From NCBI GenBank assembly GCA_000004695.1, contig CM000150.2, positions 3,808,001 through 3,872,000 on the forward strand: 64,000 nt of DNA. Reading direction: 5' to 3'. Shown here piece after piece: positions 39,028 through 54,623 of this stretch (its first letter is position 1; the number at the start of each line of letters is the position of its first letter). Source of the DNA: Dictyostelium discoideum. Its lineage: Eukaryota. The notes under the pieces were generated by a model. The model had not been told where the DNA came from and searched no databases. It saw only the letters and a program-made list of their open reading frames with translations. The translations under genes and the position numbers were made by a program.

Positions 39028-40476
39028 ATGGCTAATCGTTTACTCAATGTTGATGTAAGTTTATTTTCATTTAATCTTATTATTATTATTATTTTTATTT
39101 ATTTATTTTATTTATTTTAATATTATCTTTATTAACTATCCTATAATTTACTTTTTATTTCAATGTTTCATTTTTGGTTTTTTTTTTTTTTTTAATCTAA
39201 ATTCTAAATAGATGAGAAAAAATAACGTCGTAACTGACGATGATGATTGGGAAACAGAAAGTGATTATGTAAGTTTTTTAAAAAAAATAAAATAAAAATA
39301 AAAAAAACATCATTTTATTAACATTATTTATTTTCATTTTATTTTTTTGAAATTATATAGGTTGTAAGTTTTTAAGATTTATTTAGGTATTGATTTTATT
39401 ATTTTATTGAATTGGATTATTTATTTTTATTTTTATCATTATCAAATAAATAGAATACAGATAATATTGATAATTCAAAACAAACTCAAAAAACTGTAGT
39501 TCCAGTTAGAGCATCAGAAATTGGAAAAGATATGCTTTCAAAACAAAAACCAGTGGATCAAGTACCAAGTTCACCTGTAGGAACAAGATTTGGAAATCAA
39601 ACAACAAACACATACACTCCACCTGGTGTTGTTGTTTCAAAGAAGCCTGCTGCTGCTCCATCTAAACCAGCTGCACCAGCTCAAACATCAACCTCGTCAA
39701 TTGCTTCCAAATTCTCACAACCAGCTGCTCCAGCTCAAACCCCAGTTAAACCATCTGCTCCAGTTTCATCAGTTGCTTCTAAATTCTCACAACCAGCTGC
39801 TCCAGCTTCAACTCCAGTTAAACCATCTGCTCCAGTTTCATCAGTTGCTTCCAAATTCTCTCAACCAGCCGCCCCAGCTCCAGTTAAAGCTGCTCCAGCT
39901 CCAGTTAAAGCCACCCCAGCTCCAGTTAAAGCTGCCGTTCCAGTTAAAGAAACACCACCACCAGCTGCACCAGCCAAAAAACCACCACCACCACCAAAAA
40001 GAGTTGAACCAGTTTATGAAGAACCAGTACAAGAAGAACCACAACAAAATTATGAAGAACAACAACAATATGATCAACAAAGTTATGACCAACAACAATA
40101 TGACCAACAAAGTTATGATCAACAAAGTTATGATCAACAAGGATATGATCAACAAGGATATGATCAACAAGGTTATGATCAACAACAACAATACGATCAA
40201 CAACAATATGACCAACAAAGTTATGATCAACAAGGTTATGATCAACAACAACAATATGATCAACAAGGTGACGACCAACAACAATATGATCTTTCATCAT
40301 ATCCTCAAGCTCAAGCACTTTATGATTATGTTGCTCAACAAGAAGGTGATTTAACATTTTACACAGGTGATATAATTTATGTATATGATACCTCTGACGA
40401 AAGTGGATGGTATTCCGGTCAATTGGCTGACGGTTCTAATGGTTCATTCCCTAGTAATTTTGTCCAACTTTTATAA
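39028..40476 (+). CDS. SH3-domain protein with N-terminal acidic DDW motif, Pro/Ala-rich repeats and QQYDQQSYD repeats; at least 3 exons approx 39028-39054, 39212-39268, 39454-40476
   Basis: MANRLLNVD|MRKNNVVTDDDDWETESDY|NTDNIDNSKQTQKTVVPV… is spliced via two GTAAGT donors. The repeat 'SKFSQPAAPA' occurs three times and 'PVKAAPA' three times. The C-terminal SH3 is canonical (ALYDYVAQQEGDLTFYTGDIIYVYDTSDESGWYSGQLADGSNGSFPSNFVQLL). Confidence 0.6.
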
Positions 40477-40908
40477 GACCTTTTGTAAAAATTAGAAAAA
40501 AAAAAAAAATGAAAAAAAGATAAAATTATCGAGTGTCACTTGTATATTATCATCAATAAAACGAACATTATTTATTATCTTAAAAAAAAACAAATTATAT
40601 TCTTAATTAAATTTTCAAATATTAATATACAATAATACAAAAACTATTAAGTTAATAAAATCTATTTTTTTTTTTTAAATATCTTTTTTTTTTTTTTAAT
40701 TGTAACATATTTCCCATATTTATTGGAAATAAGAAAAAAAAATAAAAGGTTTGATATCCTTGTTTTATATCATTATAAAAAGAAGTTTATTTTTGAAACT
40801 AATGAGAGAAAAGAGAAAAAGAGAAAATAAAGAAGTAATGCTTTTTTTTTTTTTTTTTTTTATATAAATATTTTTTATTTTTATTTTTTTAATTTTTTTG
40901 ACCAACAA

Positions 40909-42149
40909 TTAAAACCAAACATCTTGTAAATATCTACCATGAGAACTCATATCGTCAATGAATTGTTGAGCAGAGTTATCATCTTTTGAACCAAATTCTT
41001 TAATGATTGATAAGAGGGCTTGTTGTACAGCTTTGGACATATTTCTACCATCACCACAAACGTAAAAGTAGGCACCTTTATTTAATAACTCCCAAACCTT
41101 TTCTTTATGCTCCAATAATTTATTTTGTACATAAACTTTTTGAGAAGTTTTTCTTGAGAAAGCTACAACCAAATCACCTAAAACTGAGGATTGATGATAT
41201 TGTTCCAACTCTTCTCTGTAAATATAGTCGACTGTATCGGAACGACAACCAAAGAATAAGAGTGATTGTTGTTGTTGTGAATGATTTCTATGTTGTAATT
41301 CTTGAAGGAAACCTCTGAAAGGAGCTAAACCAGTACCAGGACCAACCATAATGACAGGTTTTTGTTCGGTGGCGGCAGATGGTAATTTAAAGTGAGATTC
41401 TCTAACAAATAATGGAACTTTATCGCCAACTTTTAAGTGAGATAACCAAGTAGAGGCGACACCATTATGAGCTCTTTGATTACCAGTTGTGAAATTAACC
41501 ACTACAGAGGTAATTGAAACAACGCCATTCTTATTGTGAGGTGAAGAGGAGATAGAGTACATACGGGCTGGTAGACGTGGTGTAAATTCTAAAAAGTGAG
41601 CAATCAAAGGTTGAAGACCTGGGAAAGATTCTAAAAGATCGACGACACCACGGAAATCATTTTTAATATATTTATTGTATTCTTCGTTTGCTTCTTCGGT
41701 TGCTAAATATAATAATCTCTTCTTTTCCTCTTCGTTAGTGGTTGACTCTGCCAATGCACGTAACACTGATTTACGTACTGGATTTGTAATATCCAAATGT
41801 TCAGAGAATGCCCTTCTAATTGTCATTGGACCAAAGCTTGCTTTAATAACTGAACCCTCTTGATCAATTGGTACCAATGCAATCATATCATCACCATTGA
41901 CACCCAAACGCTTTATCAATTGTTCAACCAATTTACTATCATTAATTGGGAATACACCTAAATGATCACCTGTTGTATAACTAACTTCATCACCCAATTT
42001 AAATTCAATATGTCTACATGATCTATCAGATTCATTTGAATGTAATTCTCTATTTTCTAAAACCTCTGCATAATATGGATTTTTCATATCATAAATTCTT
42101 TTTTTTTTAAAAAAAAAATAAAAATAATAAAAAAAAAATAAAAATTATT

Positions 42150-42230
<81 letters not shown>

Positions 42231-43073
42231 TTTAAATTTTATTAAAATATATACATACACTTTATTATCAGTTGATAATTTTGGTTTTAATGGAGTTGAA
42301 ACGATTTTAATGAAAGGATCATTAATATCTTTACTATCTTGATTTAAAGTTACCATTCTAAATCTTGGTACGAATTTATCATCTTCAGTTGATTTTAATT
42401 CATAACCTAAGAATTTACAAACTACAGGCCACATATCTTTTTTCCAACGATTGAAATCTTCTTCAAGAGTTGCATCATCATCACCTTCACCTCTTTCAAA
42501 GACTCTTTTACCACCTAATTCTTCCATTCTTCTATCGATAACACGTGCAACGGCATTGTAATGTTCATAAGTTTTATTACCTAAACCAAATACAGTGAAT
42601 GGTACACCATTGAGAAGATCGGTTGGACGTTCATCATTTGTTAACCAAAGGTAGAATTCTTTGGCATTATCGGTTGGATCACCTTCGCCATGAGTTGCAA
42701 CTAAAAACATTACAAAACTTTCACTATGTAATTCTTGTTCGTGTTCATAGGATTCCAAGTCTACAACTTCACATGGGATACCAATCTTTTTACATTCTTT
42801 TTCAATGATTCTTGAGAAATCTTCGGCTGTACGTGTTTGTGTACCAAAGAATATTTTCATCACCTTTTTACCGTCTTCATTCTTTGTGATTGTCTTTTTT
42901 GGTTTTTGTGCTTCTTTGTTGATCTTATTGTTTGGTTTATTAAATACTGGTGGTGGTGGTGGTGGTTTGTTCATATAAAGGTATGTACCCACTATAACTG
43001 CAACAATAATAATCGCTCCTAAATTATCTAAAATTAAAACTTCAATAAAATCAATTGATTCTAAAATTTCCAT
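40909..43073 (-). CDS. redB: NADPH-cytochrome P450 reductase (membrane-anchored FMN/FAD/NADPH diflavin reductase), ~667 aa; 2 exons approx 43073-42259 and 42097-40909
   Basis: The N-terminal anchor and flavodoxin domain are in exon 1. Exon 2 begins …IYDMKNPYYAEV (compare rat PFDAKNPFLAAV) and carries FAD/NADPH motifs (RMYSISSS, GPGTGLAPFRGF, YVCGD) and the CPR C-terminus …LQDVWF*. The donor is GTATGT at 42258, and the intron contains a long (ATT)n tract. The symbol follows Dictyostelium naming and is an inference. Confidence 0.85.
42153..42230. repeat. (ATT)26 microsatellite inside the CPR intron
   Basis: Direct reading. Translated on the minus strand it gives the poly-N seen at the end of the track ORF 42084-43073. 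Confidence 0.9.
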
Positions 43074-43940
43074 TTTTTTTTTTTATTTATCTTTTTTTTT
43101 TTTTTTTTTTTTTTTTTTGAATATCCAATCGATTAGTTTAAAAATATTTTATTATCTTTTTTTTTTTTTATATATGTATATTATAATAAGAAAGGAAAAA
43201 AAAAAAAAAAAAGGTTAATATTTGTTTATTTTTAAAAAATGTCAAAAAGTTTTTTTTTTTTTTTTATTTTTTTATTTTATTTTATTTTTTAAAAAAAAAA
43301 AAAAAAAAAAAAAAGAAAATAATTAAAAATTAATTAAAAAAAAGGGGGTTATTTTTGATTTAAAAATAAGTAGGCAAGCAGCCTTTAATAGCAAAAAGTT
43401 GTAACACTGGTTCCAAAAAAATAAAAAAAATAAAAAAAATAAAAAAAATAAAAAATAATATCGAGTTAAATATCGAATTTTTGTCACAAAAACTTACTTA
43501 TTATTAGAATTGAATTTTTGTTAAGAAAAAAAAAAAAAAAAAAAAAAAAAAAGAAAGAAAGAAAACCAAATAATAATAATCGGATAAGATTTTTTGGTTT
43601 TAAAAAAAATACAATAAAAAAAAAAAAAAAAAAAAAAAAAAATTTATGAAAAAAAAAAAAAAAATAAAAAAAAAAAAAAATTTAAAAAATAAAAAAAAAA
43701 AATCAAAACCCAATTGGCCGACCGCTGGGAATTAAAGAAAAATGAAAATTCATTTGTTTTATTAAATAATTTTTTTTTTTTTTTCTTTTTATTTATGGAA
43801 ATTAAAATTTAAAAGTTAGAAATTTTTATTTTATTTTATTTTATTTTATTTTATTTTATAATCATTTTATTATTATTTTATTTTATTTTTAATAATAATA
43901 ATTTTTTTTTTTTTTTTTTTTTATTTTTTTTTTTTTTTTA

Positions 43941-44019
43941 GACAATGTTTGACCAATTCATCAAAATTGGTAAACCTAAACCAGTTACTGGATCCCAACC
44001 ACTTTTAGATTTAAAACCA

Positions 44020-44050
<31 letters not shown>

Positions 44051-44142
44051 ATTCAAGACAATATTTAACCAATTCATCAAAATTTGGTAAACCTAAACCA
44101 GTTACTGGATCCCAACCACTTTTAGATTTAAAACCATTGGTA
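43941..44142. repeat. Tandem ~100-bp duplication: a degenerate copy (43941-44030) of the last ~30 codons + stop of the adjacent sedolisin gene, separated from the genuine 3' end (44049-44140) by a T-run
   Basis: 'gacaatgtttgaccaattcatcaaaattggtaaacctaaaccagttactggatcccaaccacttttagatttaaaaccattg' and 'gacaatatttaaccaattcatcaaaatttggtaaacctaaacc...aaaccattg' are about 90% identical. The upstream copy has a 1-bp deletion and a Leu-Glu-stop to 'stop-earlier' changes, so it is a non-coding pseudo-fragment. Confidence 0.7.
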
Positions 44143-45851
44143 CAACATTTATAATTATTTTCACCAAAGTCAATATCAAGGAAAGAGTTTGGATGATCTC
44201 TTGCAATTTTATAAAGTAATGGATTGAAAAGACCAATTGGACTTTGATTTTTTTGTAATCTTTGGTCGTTAATTAATGATAATAAGCCGGCAATAATTGG
44301 AGCTGATGCAGAAGTACCTCCAATTGGCATCAATTTGTCTTTGTAGAGTATAACGACATTTTCTGAGAAAGATGAGATATCAGGGAAACCTCTTCCAGAT
44401 TGATTGTAGAAACTAGAGAGAGAACCGTTTAACCACTCGATATAGGAAGAACATTCATCCACTTGATACCATGGACGGGAGAAATAGTTACTAAAACCAC
44501 CACCAGATATTTCATCACCAATGATACTGCCATCCTTCTTTTTAATTACCCCCCCAACTGCCAATACAAAACGGGAAGATGCTGGCCAACCTGGTGAAAA
44601 TGAATCACAATCATCATTACAACCAACACCAAAATCACCACTTGAGAATACTATTGTTCTACCCATTGCTGCGTATTTCTTAAATTCAGTATCTACACGA
44701 TCAGTATATGCCAATCCAATGGAAGATTCATCATCACCATAGGAAATACTATGAACCAATGGTAATTTTGGATTTGATGATAAATCAACTAACCAATCTA
44801 AAAATGGTTCTTGACCTTCATGTAACCCACCTGTACTCACGATCCAAGTGGGTACATCTGGTGCCATTGCCATGATGTATTGAATATCCAATGCCGTTTC
44901 AATACCTGGATTCAAATTTTGATTTGGTCCAATTATATTATCGACTTGAGATGGTTCCAAACCAAAACGATATTGAAAAATTTTTAGATCACTTGGTGAG
45001 AAATACTCTTTAAGAAACTGAGCGATAGCTTGAGAATTACCAAGATGAGTTGAATTGGTACTGGTTTGACTTACATTCATCTCCTTTCTAATTAAATCTG
45101 GTGATAAGTATGGATCACCATTTCTTGCAGCAACTTTCTTATCATTAAATGATTTAATTTGTTTATTATTTCTTAATGATTCTAATTCATATCCAATACC
45201 ATTAACTTTACCACCACCACCACCACCAGCACTACCACTGCTTTCTTTTGGTCTGGGTGACAATAATGGTAAATGATTTACACCACCAATGAAATCAATA
45301 TGATCATAAAGTTCTCTTGGAATAGTGTAAGGATCAAGAGAACGAAAGAATGATTGTTTGGATAATTTATGTACCATTTTATTATATCTAACCGATAGTA
45401 ATTCTTCTGCTTTATCAATAGAAACAATGGTACGAATGAAATCGCCGCTTTTTGTCACTGTGAATTCATTTATATCATTTTCAATTAACCAATTCTTTAC
45501 AGCATCAATTGATTCATCCAATGGTTTAACCCATTCTTTAATCTCTTCAAAAGTTTTATAACTTCCATACAATGAATCATTTGGATCACTAACTCTCCAC
45601 ACGAAATCTTCCAACTCAACGATATTTCTTTGTCTAATTCCAAATGTTAATTCAATTTGGGCGGAAAATATATTTTCAATTTCTGTAATTTTCCAGACTT
45701 TCTTATTCAATGAAATTGGCTTGGAATGTTCAACAAATCTTCTTAACCTTTGGGGTGTCAAATGTTTTTTATTTTTAATTTTTTTACAATTTACATTTGA
45801 AATAAATAAAATGAATAAAATTATAATTATTAAATTAAATTTAATATTCAT
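44049..45851 (-). CDS. tpp1: Tripeptidyl-peptidase I / sedolisin (peptidase S53) with signal peptide and pro-domain, single exon, 600 aa
   Basis: The N-terminal signal is MNIKFNLIIIILFILFISNVNC. A pro-peptide region and an S53 catalytic domain with the catalytic Ser motif 'GGTSASAP' follow, and the acidic residues are conserved (…SGDFGVGC…). Confidence 0.85.
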
Positions 45852-45990
45852 TTTATTTATTTATTTATTAATTTATTTATTTTTTTTTTTTTAAACAATA
45901 ATTTTTTATTATTAAAAATAATAATAATAATAAAAATAAAAAAAGATATATGAATAAATAAATAAATAACAATTAATGGAAAAAAATATA

Positions 45991-46050
<60 letters not shown>

Positions 46051-46149
46051 TTAAGAGTGCTATATTAATTTATTAAAAAATTAATTAATTATTATTATAT
46101 AAAATAAAATAAAAATAAAACCATTTTTATTATCATTGTTGTAGAATTT

Positions 46150-46183
<34 letters not shown>

Positions 46184-46699
46184 CGCACACCCAATTAAAC
46201 AAATTTTTTTGTTTATTTGTTTCTTTTTTTTTTTTTTTTATCACTCATTTGATAGGGCATATTTTTTAATAATATTTTAATTTTATTTTTTTTTTTCATT
46301 TACCACACCATTAAATAAATATTATGTCACAATTTCATTTTTTTTTTTTTTTTAATTTTAATTTTTTTTTTTTTTTTTTATTGTTTACAGTAAATGATAT
46401 AAATGATTATTATTTATTTTAATTTTTATTGATTCGTTGATATTAATTTCTTTTTTTTTTTTTTTTACTATTTTCACTTATTTTTTACTATTTTCACAAT
46501 TTTTTTTTTTTTTATTTTTTTTCAATTTTTTTTTTTTGATTATGGCATCAACCCAGTGGCTTGAACGCTATAAAAAAAAATCTCACAGTGTTTTGAAAGT
46601 TCACATTCCAAAATAAAAATTTTTTTTTTTTTAAATTTTTTTTTTTTTTTTTTTTTTTTCAAAATTTTTGTTTTTTTTTCAATTTTTTTTTTTTTTTTA

Positions 46700-46730
<31 letters not shown>

Positions 46731-47201
46731 CATAGTCCTGATTATTACATCTTTTTGTATGTATCTTTTTTTTTCATATTCAAATATTTTTTGTATGTTC
46801 AAAAAAAAAATTTTTTTTTATTTTTTTTATTTCAAAATCACATTTTTTTATTATTTATATATTTCTTTTTTTTTTTTTTTTTGTTCATACTTAAACAAAA
46901 CACAATAAATTATTACAAATCAAATAATCGAGAAAAAAAAAAAAATAAAAAAATGATCACAAAAAAAAAAAATAAAAAAATAATCACTAAAAAAAAAAAA
47001 AAAAATAATCACTAAAATAAATAAAATATTTTAGATATTTTAAATAACAATAAATTTTAAAAAATAAAATAAAATAAAACAAAAACTTAAATGAACATTG
47101 TTTAATCAGAAAACGAAATTTTAAATAAAAAAAAAAAAAAAAATAATAATAAAATATCATATTTATAATAAACAATTTCAAATTGATCTAACATTATTTT
47201 C

Positions 47202-47232
<31 letters not shown>

Positions 47233-47246
47233 AATAGAAAACAAAA

Positions 47247-49504
<2,258 letters not shown>

Positions 49505-50726
49505 ATTAACTTCCAAAACTAAAAATAATTATATAATATTCAAATACTAAGAAAAAAAAAAATAAAAAAAAAAATAAATGTGTTCAATCACTTATAATAT
49601 AATAGTAATAAAAAAAATAATAAAAATATTCAAGTTTTAAATGTAAAAAAAATATTTAACAATAAATTTTAATTTTCTTTTTGTTGGATCGATTTGATAA
49701 TATAATTTGTTTTAAAAAATATTTTGGAAAATCTAAACAAAAAAAAAAAACTCAACTTTTTTTTTTCGAAAAGAAAAAATTTATATACACATAAAAATAT
49801 ATAAAAAAAAACGACATAAAATAAAAAAGGAAGAAATAAAGTGAATACAAAGGCAATTAATTTTTTTTTTAAAATATATTTTTTATTTAAACTTAATAAG
49901 GACATTATGGAAAAAAGAAAAAGAAACCCGCAATATAAAGAAAAGGATAATTAGTAATTCGAGTCATTTTTATATGTAATTTTTTTAAAAAAACCCAATG
50001 TTTTTGAATAATTAGGATCAGAGTTTTTGGCTTAATAAAATATTAAATCTTATCTTGTCAATCACAGTCGTGTCGGACGGGGAAAGAAATCATCATTTAA
50101 ATTATTGTTTTTTCCGGTTGGGTTTTTTAATATTAAATTAACTTACAATTGAAAAAAAGAAAGAAAAGCAAGGAAAGATCTATAAGGAAACAGAAAAGAA
50201 AAAAAGCTATAATTAAGTTAGATAAAATTCTTATAATTTTTTTTTATTTTTTTTAAAAAAAGAAATAAAATATTATTTTTCTCATAAAGGACCTTTGGTC
50301 AAGGTTAAGTTTTGCATCAGCAATGGTGTTGCAGAGTGGTGCAATGTGTTTTAATCATTGGAATAGTATGAAATTTTTTTTTTATTTTTTTATTTGTGTT
50401 TTAAATTAACTTACATAGAGAGAAAAAAGCAAAAAAACCGAAGGAAGGAAAGTTGTGAAATAAAAAAAAAAAAAAAAAATAAAAAAATGCACCTTATAAA
50501 CCAAAAAAAAAAAAAAAAAAAAGCACGAAAAAAAAAGAAAAAAATTAAAAAAAAGTAAAAAATTTTTTGATCAAGAAAATGTTACGTGACCAATTGTCAA
50601 TTCGTATTTTATACGTTTGGTATATAATTTAACGTTAGAATATTTTTTTATTTTTTTTTATTTTTTTTATTTTTTTTTGTTTTTTATCTATCTTTTATTT
50701 ATTGTTTGTTATTGTTTACTATTTTG

Positions 50727-50728
<2 letters not shown>

Positions 50729-50776
<48 letters not shown>
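50729..50776. repeat. (ATT)16 microsatellite, intergenic
   Basis: Direct reading. Confidence 0.85.
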
Positions 50777-50777
<1 letters not shown>

Positions 50778-50989
50778 TTTTTTTTTATTTTTTTTTTTTT
50801 ATTTTTCATCATTATTATTATGATAATAAAATTTATTAAATAGTGAGGCAAATAAATTTTGGTAGGGGGTTGTTTTTTATGTTTTTGGGGTGCACAGTTA
50901 TGTGCGTGTGTTAATCACATATATTCTTTTTTTTTTTTTCTATTTTTAATTTCTATGGGTTTAACACCACTAATCACAGTTGTAAATTG

Positions 50990-51045
<56 letters not shown>

Positions 51046-51105
51046 ATAAATAAATATATATACACAAGTTAACAATAACTTTATAAATCCAAACAAACAA
51101 AAATA

Positions 51106-51139
<34 letters not shown>

Positions 51140-51397
51140 ATAAATATAACCTTTTTGTGAATCTGTATTCTAGTAATAATTTTTTTTTATTTTTTTTTTT
51201 TTTATTATTATTTTTATTATTATTATTATTTTTATTATTATTATTTTATTTATATTAAAATATTATTATTTTCTCCACACAATATACATATTTAATTATT
51301 CTATAAATAATTATTTGTTTGAAAAAAAAAAAAAAAAAAAAAAATTCAAATAAATTTTAACCTTTAAAACTATTTTAATAAAATTAATTATAATAAA

Positions 51398-53680
51398 ATG
51401 TTTTTAAAAAAATTACTTAAAGGTAGTTCAAATTCTACTAGACCAAGAGGCGCAACATTTAATGGAATTTATACAGGTGGTGATAATTTAAGTGGCTCAT
51501 CAGAACAAAATTATAATAATAGTTTGACAACTTCAACAAAGCAAACAAATAGGCAAACATTATTATTAAAATCAATGGAATATATTAATGGGTCAAGTAC
51601 TTATTATGGGAATTATATGGATTATTTTGATATTCCAGTTCAATTATTTGTTGGTGGTGAACAATCTGAAATTTATCCAATGTTATCATATAATCAAAGT
51701 TTAAAATCATTAATATTGGATTTCAATAAAATTACAGAAATACCCGATTGTATTACACTACTTCCAAATTTAAATCATCTTTCATTGGCAGCAAATCAAT
51801 TAACACATGTGCCTGAATTTCTCTCACAATTAAAATCATTGGAAACTTTTGAAATTGGTATTAATCAATTCACTTGTTTCCCTTTAAACGTTTGTAAAAT
51901 TAAATCATTAACTTCTCTTCATTTAGAAACAAATAATATTAAATCATTACCTGAAGAATTTTTAAATTTAGTAAATTTAAAGGTTTGTTTTTTTTTTTTT
52001 TTTTTTCAATTATTTATTTTATTTAATTAATAAAACTAAAATTATATTTATTAATTCTTATTTTTTTATTTTATTTTTTTTTAGGATTTATCATTATTTG
52101 ATAATCAATTAAAAGAAATACCAGATTCATTACCAAATAATATTGAAAAATTAAATTTAGGATGTAATGATATTAGTAGTTCAAAATCAGATTCATTAAT
52201 TAGAATATCACATAGTTTAACAACATTAAATTTATCAGAGAATAAAATTGAAGAGTTGGATGAATCATTATCATGTTTAGTTAATGTTAAAACGTTAATG
52301 TTGGATTGTAATATGATTAAAGTTATACCAGGATCAGTATTAGGTTCATGGAAATCATTGGTAACTTTAAATTTACCACATAATTTAATTTCAGATTTAC
52401 CCCCAGAGGTAATTTTATTAAGTAATCTTAGAATAATTGATCTTAGAGGTAATAATTTTGAAAATTGTAAAAAATTAATACCAACTGAATCTTCCACACC
52501 TATTTCATTTAAAATTGAAGATTTTATTCAAAATAAAGAAAGAATTAATTCATTAAAATTTGATAATATTGAAATTTTACCAACAACAAATTCAATAATT
52601 AATAGTAACAATAATAATTATGAAGTTATAACAACAACAGCAACAACTAAAAATATAATTGAGAATAAAGAAGATAATGATGAAAAATTATTAAATAATT
52701 CAACAATTTCAATAGTTTTGGATTCAAATAATAAAAGTGAAAATAATGAAATTAATGAAAATAATCAACTATTAACTACTGATGATGATTATAATACCGA
52801 TAAAAATGATTCATTTACCGAGAGTGAAGATATAATTAAAAAAATTCAAATTGAATTAGATTCAATTGAAATTCAACAAAAACAACTTTTACTTAAACAA
52901 ATTAAATTAAAAGAGAAAATGAAAAAAGAGAAAAATAAATTATTTAAATTTCAACAACAAGAAATAATACATCAAGAACAATTACCACAATCAAAACCAG
53001 AAAATGAAAAATTAACAAATATACCAGAACAACAACAAAAACAACAACAACAACAACAACAACAAGAAGTTCAACAACCAATAATAACACTAACAAAATC
53101 AACAAGCAGTAAAGTGGAAGTTGAAATGATTGTACCAAATCAATTAATATTTTGGCAATCAATTGTACCAGATTTAATTATTGATAAATTGTATTTAGGT
53201 TGTAGAGAATGTGCAATGAATAAATCTTGGTTAAAAGATAATAATGTTACTCATATTTTAACTGTTGCAAATTTTAAACCATTATATCCAGATGTATGTT
53301 AATTTTATTTATTATTATTAATTATTATTTCCAATAATTTTAAAAAAATATTAATTTGTACTATTATTTTTATTAATAATTTTTAGTTATTTAAATATTT
53401 AATAATAAATATTGAAGATGTTGATGAAGCAAATATTTATCAACACTTTAAAGAAATGAATGCGTTTATTGATGAAGGTAGAGAAAAAGGCGGAGTTTTA
53501 ATTCATTGTAGAGCTGGTGTTAGTAGAAGTGCAAGTGCAACCATGGCTTTTATAATGATGAAAAATTCTTTGAAATTCCAAGAAGCATTTGATATCACTA
53601 TAAAAGGAAGACCTAGGATTTATCCAAATATTGGTTTTATAAACCAATTAAAAAAATTTGAAAAGGATTTATTTAAATAA
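51398..53680 (+). CDS. MPL-type protein: leucine-rich repeats + C-terminal dual-specificity (MAP-kinase) phosphatase, ~695 aa; 3 exons approx 51398-51982, 52085-53293, 53387-53680
   Basis: LRRs are LxxLxLxxNxL (LPNLNHLSLAANQLTHVPEF…). The DUSP domain is split by the last intron (…LYPDV|LFKYLIINIEDVD…) and has the active site HCRAGVSRS. Donors are GTTTGT and GTATGT, acceptors are TTTAG, and all phases are 0. The N-terminus has an RPRGATF (RxRxxT) site. Confidence 0.8.
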
Positions 53681-53765
53681 AAAAAATAAAAAAAAATAAA
53701 AAATTATTAAATAATTCATTTACTTTATTTTATTTTTATTATAAAAAAAAAAAAATTAATGATTA

Positions 53766-53805
<40 letters not shown>

Positions 53806-54238
53806 GATCGAAATAATTTTTTATTTTATTTTATTTTTTTTTTTTTTTTTAATTAATTAATTTTTTTTTTTTTTTGAGACATAAAAAATTAATTAATTTA
53901 AAGATTAGTTTTTTTAAATCTAAATTGGAAATTAATTTCTTGGCGTCCAATTAAATCAATTTAATTATTTTTTAAATAAAATGGGATGGATTAAAATAAA
54001 TTATTTGTAGGAGAGTTATTTTAGAAAAAGTGTTAATATTTCATAATCAAACCACTCGTGTGTTGATCAAAAAAAATTTTTTTTCTTTTTTTTTTTTTTT
54101 TTTTTTTTCCTTTTTTTTTATTTTTTTTTTTTTTTTTTCCTTTTTATTTTTTTTTTTATTTTTTTTTTTTCAATTAAAATTTTTTAAAACAACTGCCACA
54201 ATATATCTATTTTTATTTTTTTTTTTTTGTGTGATATT

Positions 54239-54284
<46 letters not shown>

Positions 54285-54623
54285 TTTTTTTTTGTAATTA
54301 CAATAAATCAACAATAATTTAACAATAAAGAATAAAATAAAAAAATAAAACCAAATAAAAAAAAAAAAACCAAATAAAAAATAACAACCAGATATAAAAA
54401 ATAACAGCGGGATAAAAAATAAAAAAAATAAAAAAAAATTATAAAAAAAAAAAAAATTAAAAAAAATTTATAAGATAAAAAAAATAAAAATAAAAAATAA
54501 AATAGACTAATAAATCATATAAATAAATAAATCATATAAATAAATAAATTATATAATAAATAAATCATATAAATAAATAATTAAATAAAATAAATCAAAT
54601 AATTAAATAAAATAAATTAAAAA

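Noticed and set aside
39590-40357. Overlapping alternative-frame and antisense ORFs inside the SH3 gene (39590-40354 +, 39841-40284 -, 39944-40357 -)
   Set aside because: They arise from the (CAA/CAG)-rich QQYDQQ repeat being open in several frames. Only the frame giving the SH3 domain is coherent.
43945-44154. Plus-strand ORF MFDQFIKIGKPKPVTGSQPLLDLKPL… (69 aa) containing an internal repeat
   Set aside because: It is the antisense of the tpp1 3' end and its degenerate duplicate, and the internal repeat is the duplication itself.
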